Shown: positions 1 to 10,282 of the stretch, piece after piece
Numbering within the stretch: the stretch's first letter is position 1
Layout: each line of letters begins with the position of its first letter
Origin: an uncultured delta proteobacterium
Lineage (GTDB): Bacteria > Myxococcota > Myxococcia > Myxococcales > Myxococcaceae
Direction of reading: 5' to 3'
Length of the DNA stretch: 64,000 nucleotides
Assembly (NCBI GenBank): GCA_963771175.1
Contig: CAVYSY010000026.1
Coordinates: 416,001-480,000, forward strand
Translations under genes and position numbers: made by a program
Notes under the pieces: model-generated
Database searches by the model: none
What the model saw: only the letters and a program-made list of their open reading frames with translations
What the model was told of the DNA's origin: nothing

Positions 1-357
1 TCATGGTGGAAGCTCCCTCCTGGGCCGGACGTGCGGCACGAGCCGAATCGCGGCAACCCAGCAATGGCAGGGTCGTGGCGATGCCGAATGCGGCGGCCTT
101 GAGGACGCTGCGTCGGTCAGGTCGGTACGAGGACATGATGGGAACATGCCCGGCGGACAGGCGTTGCACTAGAGCCCCACCGAGCAAATCACCGTTCCCA
201 GGGTGAAACAGTGGGACGGTCCTTCTTCGGCTCCTCCTCCTTCTCGGCAAAGGACGGGCTCTCCTCCTCCGGCTCCGGCTTGGGGGAGCCCACGACGCTG
301 CGAAGCGCCCTGCGGTCAATCGGCCGTGGGGCGCTCGTGCGCAGGTTGCCGCGTGGG

Positions 358-762
358 TCAGTCCACTACCGCGGTGGCTTCGATCTCGACGAGGACGCCC
401 GGCTCGTAGAGCACAGAGACTCCGATCAGCGATGCCGGCGCCGGCACGATCTTCAACTCCTTGGCGACCTGCTCGATGCCGGCAAGGAAGTCGGGCATCT
501 TCTCGCGCTTCCAGTCGACCACATAGAACGTCAGTCGGACGACGTCGCTGAACGTCGCCCCGGCAGCCGCGAGGGCGATGGCGACGTTGCGGTAGGCCTG
601 CGCCACCTGTCCAGCCAGATCACCCCGCGCGACGAGCTGACCATCCGCGTCGTACGCGACCTGCCCTGCGATGTGCACCTGCCGGGTGCCGGTGGCGATC
701 CCCACCTGTCGATACACGTCGGTCTTCATGAGTCCATCGGGGTTGATCAGGGTTACGGGCAT
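358..762 (-). CDS. RidA/YjgF family protein
   Basis: Starts MPVTLINPDGL; has IAGQV, DVVRLTFYVVD, PASLIGVSVLYEPGVLVEIEATAV motifs; ATG at 762. Confidence 0.9.
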   Translation of the reverse strand: MPVTLINPDGLMKTDVYRQVGIATGTRQVHIAGQVAYDADGQLVARGDLAGQVAQAYRNVAIALAAAGATFSDVVRLTFYVVDWKREKMPDFLAGIEQVAKELKIVPAPASLIGVSVLYEPGVLVEIEATAVVD

Positions 763-914
763 GGGTGAGCTCCAATTGGCAGTGTCGGGTGAAGAGTTCC
801 GGGGACGTCGCCGCCCCCAGAATGAAGGGGTGATTGCCGAACGCGTATACCGAGTCCATTGACGAACGGCGTTCCCCTCTCCGGCGATGCGGGAGCTACA
901 ATGGAAAGCCATCA

Positions 915-1820
915 ATGAAACGCGCCCATCTGGATGAGATCTTCGCCTTCATGTCCGTCGTGGACGCGGGCAGCTTCGTGGGCGGCGGCCGGGCCATCGG
1001 CCTGACGCGCTCGGCGGCTGGCAAGGCATTGGCCCGGCTGGAATCCCGCCTCGGGGTGCGCCTGCTCAATCGCACGACGCGCCACCTGAGTCTCACCGAC
1101 GAGGGCCGTGTCTTCCATGAGCATTGCCAGCAAGTCCTGGCGGCCCTGGACGAAGCGGAAGCCAGCGTCGGGCAGCACACGGGCACCCCCCGGGGGGTTT
1201 TGCGGCTCACCCTGCCCGACGCATTCGGCAGACTGCATGTCCTTCCCTTGCTGCGGGACTATCTGCGGACCTGGCCCGAGGTGCAGGCGGAGGTGAGCTT
1301 CACCGATCGCGTCGCGGATATCATCGAGGAGGGTTACGACCTGGCCGTGCGCATCGGCGCGTCCAGCACCGATACGCGCCTGGTTTCCCGCCTCGTGGCT
1401 CAACACCGGGCGGTCGTCTGCGCCGCGCCCTCCTACCTCGAGGCGCGCGGCGAACCCGAGACGCTGGAGGAACTCGCGGCGCATGATTGTCTGATATTCA
1501 GTAGCCGGACGCGACGACAGGGCTGGCGTCTGCGCCAGAAGGGCGGCTCCTGGGTGAAGGTGGAGGGGCGAAGCCGCCTTCGTCTCGACAGTGGCGAGGC
1601 GATCCGGGACGCGGCCGTCGCGGGACTGGGCATCGCCTATCTTCCCAGCTTTCTGGTCGACAAAGACCTGGCGAGTGGGCGACTCGAGGCGCTGCTGCCG
1701 TCCTGCGAGACGGAGGACGTCCGGCTCATGGCGATCTACCCGAGCAAACGTCACCTGCCGGCGAAGGTGCGCCGCTTCATCGACCTGATGGTCGAGAAAT
1801 GGAGCGCGAAGTCACTCTAA
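915..1820 (+). CDS. LysR family transcriptional regulator (CrgA-like), divergent from the RidA gene
   Basis: N-terminal HTH with LESRLGVRLLNRTTRHLSLTDEG; substrate-binding domain DIIEEGYDLAVRIG, AVAGLGIAYLP. Confidence 0.95.
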   Translation: MKRAHLDEIFAFMSVVDAGSFVGGGRAIGLTRSAAGKALARLESRLGVRLLNRTTRHLSLTDEGRVFHEHCQQVLAALDEAEASVGQHTGTPRGVLRLTLPDAFGRLHVLPLLRDYLRTWPEVQAEVSFTDRVADIIEEGYDLAVRIGASSTDTRLVSRLVAQHRAVVCAAPSYLEARGEPETLEELAAHDCLIFSSRTRRQGWRLRQKGGSWVKVEGRSRLRLDSGEAIRDAAVAGLGIAYLPSFLVDKDLASGRLEALLPSCETEDVRLMAIYPSKRHLPAKVRRFIDLMVEKWSAKSL

Positions 1821-1841
1821 TGCCACGTGTCGCCCGACACG

Positions 1842-2022
1842 TCACGCGAAGGCGGCGACGCCACTGTTCCCGGCCGAGGTCTCCACGAAGGCGCTCATGT
1901 CATCCTCGGTGCACTCGCCCGACGCGGAGTCGAAGCCCACCGAGAACGCATGGGCTCCCGAAAAATCCCCTTGCCCCCACCGGGCCGCCGCCTCTCGGAA
2001 CGCCGCGACGAAGGCACGGTAC
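1842..2022 (-). pseudogene. 3' remnant of an unknown gene, cut off by the IS remnant at ~2023
   Basis: YRAFVAAFREAAARWGQGDFSGAHAFSVGFDSASGECTEDDMSAFVETSAGNSGVAAFA* uses mostly G/C third positions and has no start of its own. Confidence 0.45.
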
Positions 2023-2185
2023 TTCCCCCAAGCGGGAGCGGAGGAGGAGAGGGAGGAGCCCCAGGCAGAGGCGAGGAAGGAAGCGAGGAAGGAGCGGACA
2101 GCGAGAGTGGACTGGGCAGGGCTGCTACAAAGGACCTTCGCGGTGGAGGTGTTCGCCTGCGTGAGGTGTGGAGGCAGGCGGCGAG
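2023..2185 (+). mobile_element. Remnant of a myxobacterial IS91-like (Y2) transposase C-terminal region
   Basis: PQAGAEEE...KERTARVDWAGLLQRTFAVEVFACVRCGGRRRV matches the W-x-x-LL-x-R-x-F...C-x-x-CGG tail of these transposases as I recall it. Confidence 0.7.
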
Positions 2186-2258
2186 TGAGCCTGCCCCGAT
2201 TTCGTGGACACACCCAATAAGTCGGCTACACGGGAGGTAGTGTCCATGGAGCGAAGGT
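2186..2258 (+). mobile_element. IS3-family left end with the start of orfA (MERR), truncated
   Basis: TGAGCCTGCCCCGATTTCGTGGACAC resembles IS3/IS51-group terminal inverted repeats; followed by GGAGG and ATGGAGCGAAGG. Confidence 0.55.
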
Positions 2259-2459
2259 GTTGCCGCGCACGCTTGTTGATGGAGATTTGGACCGGCTGGT
2301 TGATGGGCATCGACGAGGATGAGCGCGGGCCTGGAGCAGGCTGGTTGCGGGACAGATCGCGTCACTTGTTCAATCGATCCGCCGAGGTCCCGGAAGACGA
2401 ACACAGCCTGGCCCAACACCGCGCACCCAAATACACAACTCGGCTGCCCATTCACTCCA

Positions 2460-2888
2460 TCACCCCTCATCATCATCGGCATATCTAAAGCTATCTACAC
2501 TCGAAGAGTCAAAGAATGGACCAAAACCAACGGAGTCGTTACCAACAAACCCACCAAACCTCAACAACACCTCCCTCAGCATCGGCAACAAGGCGCGAAT
2601 GGCGGCTCGGTGGTGACTAACACAGAACGCCCTCACTCCCCTGCGGCGCCGCACCTCTTCGAGTTCCTCTGGAGGCCATTCACTAATGTCAAATGGTGCC
2701 CAATGAGACTTTTCTCGAATACCTTCCCCGAAGCGAACAACCGCACCACTCTCGTTGACTCCCTCCACACGATAGCCACGAGACTCCAAGAACGCAGCCA
2801 AGTCAGAAACAGACGTCTCCATCGGAGAAAAATAGAATAGATCGTCCACACACCACTCCAATCTCACCTCTGGCGCGAACATTGACAC
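2460..2888 (-). CDS. Hypothetical protein, candidate orphan immunity protein
   Basis: 142-aa ORF with visibly lower GC than host genes; start overlaps the stop of the upstream truncated ORF. Confidence 0.6.
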   Translation of the reverse strand: MSMFAPEVRLEWCVDDLFYFSPMETSVSDLAAFLESRGYRVEGVNESGAVVRFGEGIREKSHWAPFDISEWPPEELEEVRRRRGVRAFCVSHHRAAIRALLPMLREVLLRFGGFVGNDSVGFGPFFDSSSVDSFRYADDDEG

Positions 2889-3076
2889 GAACCGGGAGCG
2901 ATTGCCTCCAACAAAGCTTCAATCTGATTGCGATCGGCGGTCAAGTATCCCTTTGCCTCCAGATCTCTCCTGACGTGGCGAGACATACCCTTTTTATCCG
3001 TGGCAACGCCAATTCCGACGCGCCCTGTCGGATTGATTGATTTATCCAGAACTCGGACATCGAGTTGTCCCCGCAA
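2864..3076 (-). pseudogene. Truncated low-GC ORF, candidate toxin C-terminal remnant
   Basis: ...RGQLDVRVLDKSINPTGRVGIGVATDKKGMSRHVRRDLEAKGYL... is cut at its 5' end by the IS701 fragment and overlaps the next gene. Confidence 0.45.
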
Positions 3077-3094
3077 GCCCGATGGCCCTTACGC

Positions 3095-3285
3095 TCCCCT
3101 CCAGCAGCAGCCCCGTCACGTACCACTCCAGGGCACGGCGCCGCTCGCTGCGGCCCATCCCCTCCACCATCGACCCCATGTACTCGCTCAGCTCCCGGTC
3201 GAGCTGGCTCATCTGTCCGCGTGTCATCTCCGACTTGAAAACACGGGTCGCCCGAGGTTACTTCTGAAGCAACCTAGCAGTATTA
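3095..3285 (-). mobile_element. IS701-family transposase N-terminal fragment with left end
   Basis: MTRGQMSQLDRELSEYMGSMVEGMGRSERRRALEWYVTGLLLEG (ATG at 3227) matches the IS701 N-terminus; on the - strand, CTAA-TACTGCTAGG lies upstream. Confidence 0.75.
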
Positions 3286-3416
3286 GTAGTCCACGCAGAA
3301 CCCGGTGATGTTGGCTCCATACCACTGAGGACTGCTGATGGCGGCCCACCAACAACTCCTCGCATCAGGAGAGATTCAACAAATCCAGGCCGAAGCCGCC
3401 AAGCATCAGCAACCCG

Positions 3417-3725
3417 TCACAATTCTTCAAAGTCCAGCATCACCCCCTGCTTCCGAAAGAACTCCTCCAACACACTCAAGAGCCGCGTGCGTTGCATGCC
3501 CGTGCCAGCATGAAACAACACATAAATACCTTTGACACCACCCTCTATCACAATATCATCAGGCCAGACCGTTCGCAGCGGCACGCCAGCATAAGCCAAC
3601 ACAATCTTCGACTCAGACCTCTCCAATTCAACCCATTCACCTAGAGACACGAGAAAGTCGAAAGCATCCGACCACTTCGGCGCACCACCCTCGACTCCAG
3701 ACTTCGCAGCATACTCAATACCCAC
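3417..3725 (-). CDS. Hypothetical protein, candidate orphan immunity protein
   Basis: 102-aa low-GC ORF; GTG start overlaps the stop of a short upstream tail (GIGIMEKGRNSGY*). Confidence 0.6.
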   Translation of the reverse strand: MGIEYAAKSGVEGGAPKWSDAFDFLVSLGEWVELERSESKIVLAYAGVPLRTVWPDDIVIEGGVKGIYVLFHAGTGMQRTRLLSVLEEFFRKQGVMLDFEEL

Positions 3726-3764
3726 TATTGCGTCCCTTCTCCATGATTCCGATTCCGGACCGTC

Positions 3765-4007
3765 GGCAGAGCATAAGACAGAGAGGGGCGCTGTTGAGGG
3801 TGGTGGGCTGGTGCAGAGGGGCCGAGGAGGGTCGCTGACGGGTGCCGCCGAGCTGAGAGCCTGGCCGGTGGAGAGGTCGTGCAGCCCGCTTTGGGTACAC
3901 GCCTGCTCAGGCCGCGCTCCCCTCAGGGGCGAGGCAGGGGGGCTACAACTGCGGCCTGGCGCTCAACACCACAAGAGCTGCGGTGGCCCCTGAGCCGGGG
4001 CCAGCTG
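3765..4007 (-). mobile_element. IS91-like element remnant: last transposase codons plus 3' non-coding end
   Basis: - strand 4007-3963 reads QLAPAQGPPQLLWC*, like the LAPARGPPQxxWC* terminus of myxobacterial IS91-like transposases as I recall it; ~200 bp of non-coding sequence follows. Confidence 0.6.
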
Positions 4008-4097
4008 GCGTCATGTCTTCTCAGGCCACTCGCCGAGGGAAGGGAGCATTCCCCCCACCTTGGGATGGGAGACGCTATTCTCCCGCACCTCGACGCC

Positions 4098-5421
4098 ATG
4101 TCCGCCTCGCCCCTGACCTCAGAGCAGGCCCTCGCCCTCGCGCCGGATTCCTCCGTGGCCGCCGCCGGCCAGAAGCTCGCGGCCGAGCGCTCCTGGCAGG
4201 GGCTCGGCCGGGACGGGCGCGCGGCCTGGGGCGAGTGCAAGGGCAGCGCCCTGTACCAGGTGCGCGTCGACCTGTCCGACCTCGCCACGAAGTGCTCCTG
4301 CCCCAGTCGCAAGTTCCCCTGCAAGCACGCCGTCGGGTTGATGCTGCTCGCCGCGGCGGAGCGCCTCCCCTCGGGCTCGCCCCCAGAGTGGGTCGCGGAG
4401 TGGCTCACCAAGCGGTCCGCCACCGCCGAGCGCAAGGCGAAGGCCGGTGCGGAGGGAGCGGCCCCCGCCGACCCGGAGGCCCGTGCGAAACGCTCCTCCG
4501 AGCGGCACACCCGCATCCAGCGCGGGCTGGAGTCCCTGTCCCTCTGGATGGATGACCTCGTCCGCAATGGGCTCGCCGGGCTCGAAGGCGGAGACCGCCA
4601 TGTGGAACACCCAGGCGGCGCGACTGGTGGACGCGCAGGCGCCGGGCCTCGCGTCTCAGGTGCGCCAGCTCGCGGCGCTCCCGGGCAGCGGCCCCGACTG
4701 GCCCCAGCGGATGCTGGACGGGCTCGGCCGACTCGCGCTCGTCACCGAGGCCTGGAAGAAGCTGGACGAGCTTCCTCCTCTCCTCGCGGCGGATCTCCGC
4801 TCCCTGGTGGGCATCTCGCTGCGCGAGGAGGACGTGCTTGCCCAGGGCGAGCGCGTCACGGACACCTGGGTCATCGTGGGCCAGGAGGTCGAGGACACGG
4901 AGCGCGTCCGCGCGCAGCGGACCTGGCTGCTCGGTGCAACCTCCGGCCGCGCGGCGCTCGTCCTCCAGTTCGCGGCGGGCCCCGGTGCACGCTTCGCCGA
5001 GTCCTTCCTGCTCGGCACCGCGTTCCCCGCGGAGCTGGTGTACTGGCCGAGCACGGCTCCCCAGCGGGCCATGGTCCAGGAGCGGAAGGGCGAGGTCCGC
5101 CCCCACTCGGAGGCCCTGCCCTCGCTCACGCTCGACGGGCTCTGCCAGCGGTTCGCCGACGAGCTGTCCCGTCACCCCTTCCTCCCGCGCACGGCGGCGA
5201 TGCTCGGAGCGGTGGTGCCCGTCGTGGACGGCCGGAAGCAGTGGTGGCTCCGGGACGCCACGGGTGCGGCGGTCCGCCTCGGGCCGTGCGATCGGTGGCG
5301 GCTGCTCGCGCTCGCCGGGGGTCACCCGATCGACGTGTTCGGTGAGTGGGACGGAGAGGAGTTCCGCCCCATGAGCGCCCGCGTGGAGGGGCGCATGCAC
5401 CCACTGGGAGGCCCGTCATGA
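4098..5421 (+). CDS. SWIM zinc-finger protein (YehQ-like); frameshift at ~4590
   Basis: WGECKGSALYQVRVDL...CSCPSRKFPCKH SWIM motif; continues in another frame as AARLVDAQAPGLA. Confidence 0.85.
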
Positions 5422-6926
5422 ATGAGCTCGACGCGCTGACACGCCTCGCCACGCTTGGGACCGCGCGCTCTCCGGAGCTTGGAGCCCAGACCGGAGTGGA
5501 GGGCCAGGTCCTCCGCGCGCTGGAGGGCGTGCCCGTGGAGAAGCGCCTCCTGCTCGCGGCTGGCGTGCGCGCGGTGGCGCGGGCCGCGGGACGGAAGCTC
5601 CCCGTGCTCGACACCCGAGGGGATGTGGCCCCTCCCGACACGCTCGAGGTGTGCCCGCCTCGCGTGAGCGCCGTCCTCACGGAGCTCCTGGTGTCGAATG
5701 ATGGGGAGGTGCTGCGCGAGGCCTTCGAGCGGATGGCCCTCGCCCGCCGCCGACTCCCGCCGGAGCTGCTCGCGCGGGTGCTCGGGCTCAAGGACCGGGC
5801 GTTGCGCGCGCTGGCGGAGCCGGTGCTCGGTGAGCGCGGCCAGTGGCTCGCCCGCCAGAATCCCGAGTGGCGCTCCGGCGCGAACGCCCCGGGGGTCGAC
5901 CTCACGGAGGCCGAGCGCGTGTGGGCGGAAGGTACGCCCGAGGAACGTCGCGCGGTGCTCTCCCAGGCCCGGAAGGCCGACCCGGCGCGAGCCCGGACGT
6001 GGTTGCAGTCCACCTGGGCCCAGGAGAAGGCCGAGCACCGCGCCCGGTTCCTCGCCTGCCTGGACGAGGGGCTCTCCCCGGAGGACGAGGCGCTGCTGGA
6101 GCTCGGCCGGAAGGATCGCGCGGCCGCGGTGCGCGAGGTGGCGCGCTACCTGCTGGCGCGGTTGCCCGAGTCCGCCTTCGCGCGGCGCATGGCCGAGCGG
6201 GCGCGCACGGTGCTCGTCTGGGAGAAGCCGGCCACGCTCCGCGTCCAGCTCCCGAGCAAGTGGGACGCCGAGGCCGAGCGCGACGGTCTGGACAAGCCCC
6301 CCGCCGGGGTCGGCCAGAGCGAACACTGGCTCTCCCGGCTCCTCGAAGCCGTTCCCGTCCGCGCCTGGGAGGAGTGGTTCGAGGCCACCCCGGAGCAGCT
6401 CGTCGCCGCCGCCGAGCGGACGGACCATGCAGTCTCGCTCTCGGAGGGCTGGGCCCTCGCGCTCCGGCTGGGGGCCTCCTCGCCCTGGGCCTCGGCCCTG
6501 CTCACCTTCTGGTCGCGCTGCGAGTCGAAGGTGCTCGACGCCGAGCGGGCCCAGACGCTGGCCGTCTCCGTGCTCGAGCAGCTCCCGCCCGCCGAGCGCG
6601 CCGCGCGCACCCTGCGCATCCTGAACCGCGCCGAGTCCCTGCCCTCGCTCGACCGGGCCCTCGCGGTGACGCCCGCTCCGTGGCCGGCGAAGCTCGGCTA
6701 CACCTGGCTCCAGTCGCTGCGCGAGCTGTACGACCCGAGCACCCGGGCCACGGCGCTCCTCGGCGCCTTCCGGCAGGCGTCCATGGCCCTGCCCCCGGAG
6801 TGCCTCGCGACCGCCGCCGAGCCCTTCGAGCTGCCCCCTCCCCTGTACCGCTGGAGCCAGGAGCTCCACCGCTTCCAGCACACCGTCTCGCTGCGCCGCA
6901 TCCTGTACGAGGAGCTGAAACCGTGA
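5418..6926 (+). CDS. DUF5691-like helical protein
   Basis: LGERGQWLARQNPEW, DPARARTWLQSTWAQEKAEHRARFL, LSPEDEALLE motifs; ATGA overlap with the upstream gene. Confidence 0.8.
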   Translation: MNELDALTRLATLGTARSPELGAQTGVEGQVLRALEGVPVEKRLLLAAGVRAVARAAGRKLPVLDTRGDVAPPDTLEVCPPRVSAVLTELLVSNDGEVLREAFERMALARRRLPPELLARVLGLKDRALRALAEPVLGERGQWLARQNPEWRSGANAPGVDLTEAERVWAEGTPEERRAVLSQARKADPARARTWLQSTWAQEKAEHRARFLACLDEGLSPEDEALLELGRKDRAAAVREVARYLLARLPESAFARRMAERARTVLVWEKPATLRVQLPSKWDAEAERDGLDKPPAGVGQSEHWLSRLLEAVPVRAWEEWFEATPEQLVAAAERTDHAVSLSEGWALALRLGASSPWASALLTFWSRCESKVLDAERAQTLAVSVLEQLPPAERAARTLRILNRAESLPSLDRALAVTPAPWPAKLGYTWLQSLRELYDPSTRATALLGAFRQASMALPPECLATAAEPFELPPPLYRWSQELHRFQHTVSLRRILYEELKP

Positions 6927-8022
6927 CCGCCAACGCCCTTCTCCGCCAGCACGCCGAACAGCAGTACGCCGAGGAGCTGGCCGAGCTCGCCAAGGCGGAC
7001 GACCGCGCCGCGCCCGCCGAGCTGGAAGCTCTCGCCCTGGGCCGTGCGCACCTACCTGCTGGGCGGCACAGCTCTCCGAACGGCTTCACCGTGCACGCCC
7101 AAGTACATCGGCAACGCGCGGCTGATCGAGATCGCCGTCGCCACGCTCGCCACCGACCGGGCGCTGCTGCTGCTCGGCGTGCCCGGCACGGCCAAGACGC
7201 TGGGTGAGCGAGCACCTCGCCGCCGCCATCTCCGGCGACTCGACGCTGCTGGTGCAGGGCACCGCCGGCACGGCCGAGGAGGCGATGCGCTACGGGTGGA
7301 ACTACGCGCGGCTGCTGGCCGAAGGGCCCATCCGCGAACGCCCTGGTGCCGAGCCCGATGATGCGCGCCATGCGCGAGGGCAAGCTCGCCCGCGTCGAGG
7401 AGCTGACGCGCATGCCCGGCGACGTGCAGGACACGCTGATCACGCATCCTCTCGGAGAAGACGCTGCCGATCCCCGAGCTCGACCAGCGAGGTGCAGGCG
7501 CGCCAGGGCTTCAACGTCATCGCCACCGCCAACAACCGCGACCGCGGCGTCAACGAGCTGTCGAGCGCGCTGCATGCGCCGCTTCAACACCGTGGTGCTG
7601 CCGGTGCCGGACACGCTGGAGCGAGGAGGTGGACATCGTGCGACGCCGCGTGGCCGAGCATGGGCCGCGCGCTGGCGCTGCCCGCCGAGCCGCCCGCGCT
7701 GGAGGAGATCCGCCGCGTCGTCACCATCTTCCGCGAGCTGCGCGGCGGCGTCACGGCGGACGGCGAAGACGAAGCTCAAGACGCCCGTCCGGCACGCTGT
7801 CCACGGCCGAGGCCATCTCGGTGGTCAACAACGGCCTCGCGCTGGCCGGCTACTTCGGCGACGGCGTGCTGCGGGCGCGCGGACCTCGCCGCGGGCCTGA
7901 TCGGCGCCGTCGTCAAGGACCCGGTGCAGGACCGGGTGGTGTGGCTGGAGTACCTGAAGACGGTGGTGAAGGAGCGCGACGGCTGGAAGGACCTCTACCG
8001 CGCCTGCATGGAGGTGCTGTGA
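6923..8022 (+). CDS. MoxR/YehL-like AAA+ ATPase; multiple frameshifts
   Basis: LRQHAEQQYAEEL, Walker A GVPGTAKT, RVEELTR, GFNVIATANNRDRGVNELSSAL, RRFNTVVLP found across frames; GTGA overlap. Confidence 0.85.
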
Positions 8023-10282
8023 GCGGGGAGTCGGGCGCGGCGGTGCACGTGCTCGGCATCCGGCACCACGGCCCGGGCTGCGCGCGCAGCGTGCGCGCCG
8101 CGCTCGAAGCGGCTGCAGCCCGGACGCGGTGCTCATCGAGGGCCCGCCGGACGCGGACGCACGTGCTCCCGCTCGCGGCGCCACGCGGAGATGAAGCCGC
8201 CGGTGGCGCTGCTCGTCTACGCGCGTGGACCGGCCGGCGCGGGCCGTCTTCTACCCCTTCGCCGTCTTCTCGCCGGAGTGGCAGGCCATCCAGTACGCGC
8301 TGGAGCGCAACCTCCCGGTGCGCTTCATGGACCTCCCGCAGACCCACCGGCTGACCGCGCCGAGGAGGAGGAGCCCGGAAAGGTCGAGGCCGGAGAGGCG
8401 CCGGGCTCGCCCCGGGCGGACCCGCTCGGGGCGCTCGCCGCGGCGGCGGGCTACGAGGACGGCGAGCTGTGGTGGGAGCAGGTCAGGTCGAGCAGCGCCG
8501 GGCCCGCCGGGACGTCTTCGAGGCCGTGCTGGAGGCCATGACCGCCCTGCGCGAGGGAGAGGGCGAGCCTGCCAACCGCGCGAGGCCCGGCGCGAGGCCC
8601 ACATGCGTCAGAGCATCCGCGCGGCGAAGAAGGACGGCTTCCAGCGGCGTCGCCGTCGTGTGCGGCGCGTGGCACGCCCCGGCGCTGCGTGCAGCAGCGG
8701 CCCGCTCGCGAGGACGACGCCCTCCTGCAAGGGTCTGCCGAAGGCGAAGGTGGCGGCCACGTGGATTCCGTGGACGTACTGACCGGCTCAGCTGGCGCAG
8801 CGGGTACGGCGCGGGCGTGGAGTCGCCCGGGTGGTACGCGCACCTGTGGCACACGCCCCGTCGCCCGGTGACGTCCTGGGCCACGCGCATCGCGCACCTG
8901 CTCCGCGACGAGGGGCTGGACGCCTCCTCGGCGAACGTCATCGAGACGGTGCGGCTCGCCGAGGCGCTCGCGGCCCTGCGGGGCCTCTCCACCGTGGGAC
9001 TGTCGGAGCTGCGAGACGCCGCGCTCACCGTGCTCTGCGGCGGGGATCGCGACCCCGCTGGCACTCGTCCACGAGAAGCTCGAGGTCGGCACCGGGCTGG
9101 GTGAGGTTCCCTCCGAGGCGCCCTCCGTCCCGCTCGCCCGGGACCTGCGCCGCACTGCAGAAGTCGCTGCGCCTGCCGCCCTCCTCCGAGAGCAAGTTGC
9201 AGGAGCTGGACCTGCGCAAGGACATGGACCGGGAGCGGAGCCGGCTGCTGCACCGCCTGCGGCTGCTCGACATTCCCTGGGGCACGCCGGAGGAGGACCG
9301 CCGGAGCTCGACGGGCACCTTCCGCGAGACGTGGCGCCTGAAATGGGAGCCCGAGCTGGCCGTGCGCGTCGTCGAGGCGAGCCTCTGCGGCAACACGGTG
9401 GAGTCGGCGGCCTCGGGGCGCGTGGTGGCCCGCGCCACGGATGCGACGGAGCTCGGCACGCTGACGGCCCTGCTCGATGCGGCCCTGCTCGCGGAGCTGC
9501 CCGCCGCCATCGACACGGTGCTCCGCCACGTGCAGGTGCTCTCGACGCGCTCGGCGGATGTCCCGAAGCTGCTCGAAGCCTTCCCGGCCCTGGCGCACGC
9601 GGTCCGCTACGGCAGCGTCCGCGAGACGCCCACCGGCCCCATCCTCGCCATCGCCGACGGACTGTTCGAGCGCATCCTCATCGGACTGCCCGGCGCGTGC
9701 GTCTCGCTCGATGACGAGGCCGCGCACACGCGCCGTGACCAGGTGCGCGCCATGCACGCCGCGGTGGCGCTGCTGGAGGGAGGCGAGCGCGGAGAGGAGT
9801 GGGCGGAGGCCCTGGGACAACTCGTGCACCGGGACGCCGTGCACGGGCTCGTGCGCGGGGCCGCGCTGCGGCTGCGGGTGGAGCTCGGGCGGGTGGAGGA
9901 CGGAGAGCTGGGGACCCTCGCCCGGAGGGCGCTGTCCACGGCCGTGCCTCCCGCCGAAGCGGCGTCGTGGCTGGAGGGGCTCGTCTCGGGGAGCGCGCTG
10001 CTGCTCCTGCACCGACAGGAGCTCTGGTCGGCGCTCGACGGGTGGCTCGCGAGCCTCGCGCGGGAGTCCTTCATCGAGCACCTCCCGCTGGTGCGGCGCG
10101 CCTTCGCCGACTTCAGCACCTCCGAGCGGCGCGCCATGGGAGAGCGGGTCAAGCAGCTCGCCTCCGCACCGGCGCAGGGGGGCGCGAAGGCGGTCACGGA
10201 AGAGCTGGAGCCGGAGCGAGTGGCGCGGGTGCTGCCTGTGCTGTCCACCATCCTGGGGGTGCGAATTGGCGAAGTCGGCTGA
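8019..10282 (+). CDS. DUF5682 / YehM-like protein; multiple frameshifts in the 5' half
   Basis: VLGIRHHGPG, FYPFAVFSPEWQAI, AREAHMR, VVCGAWHAPAL, SGYGAGVESPGWY, SRLLHRLRLL, TFRETWRLKWEPE. Confidence 0.85.

Noticed and set aside
1..20. Start of a - strand gene (CAT at 2-4 with a GGAGG-like RBS upstream)
   Set aside because: Only the start codon lies in the window, so no product can be assigned.
763..914. LysR T-N11-A box in the divergent RidA/LysR promoter
   Set aside because: Only weak matches without convincing dyad symmetry.
2259..2459. ORF 2204-2488 as a real gene
   Set aside because: It looks like a chimera of the IS3 orfA start and unrelated sequence; no recognisable motif.
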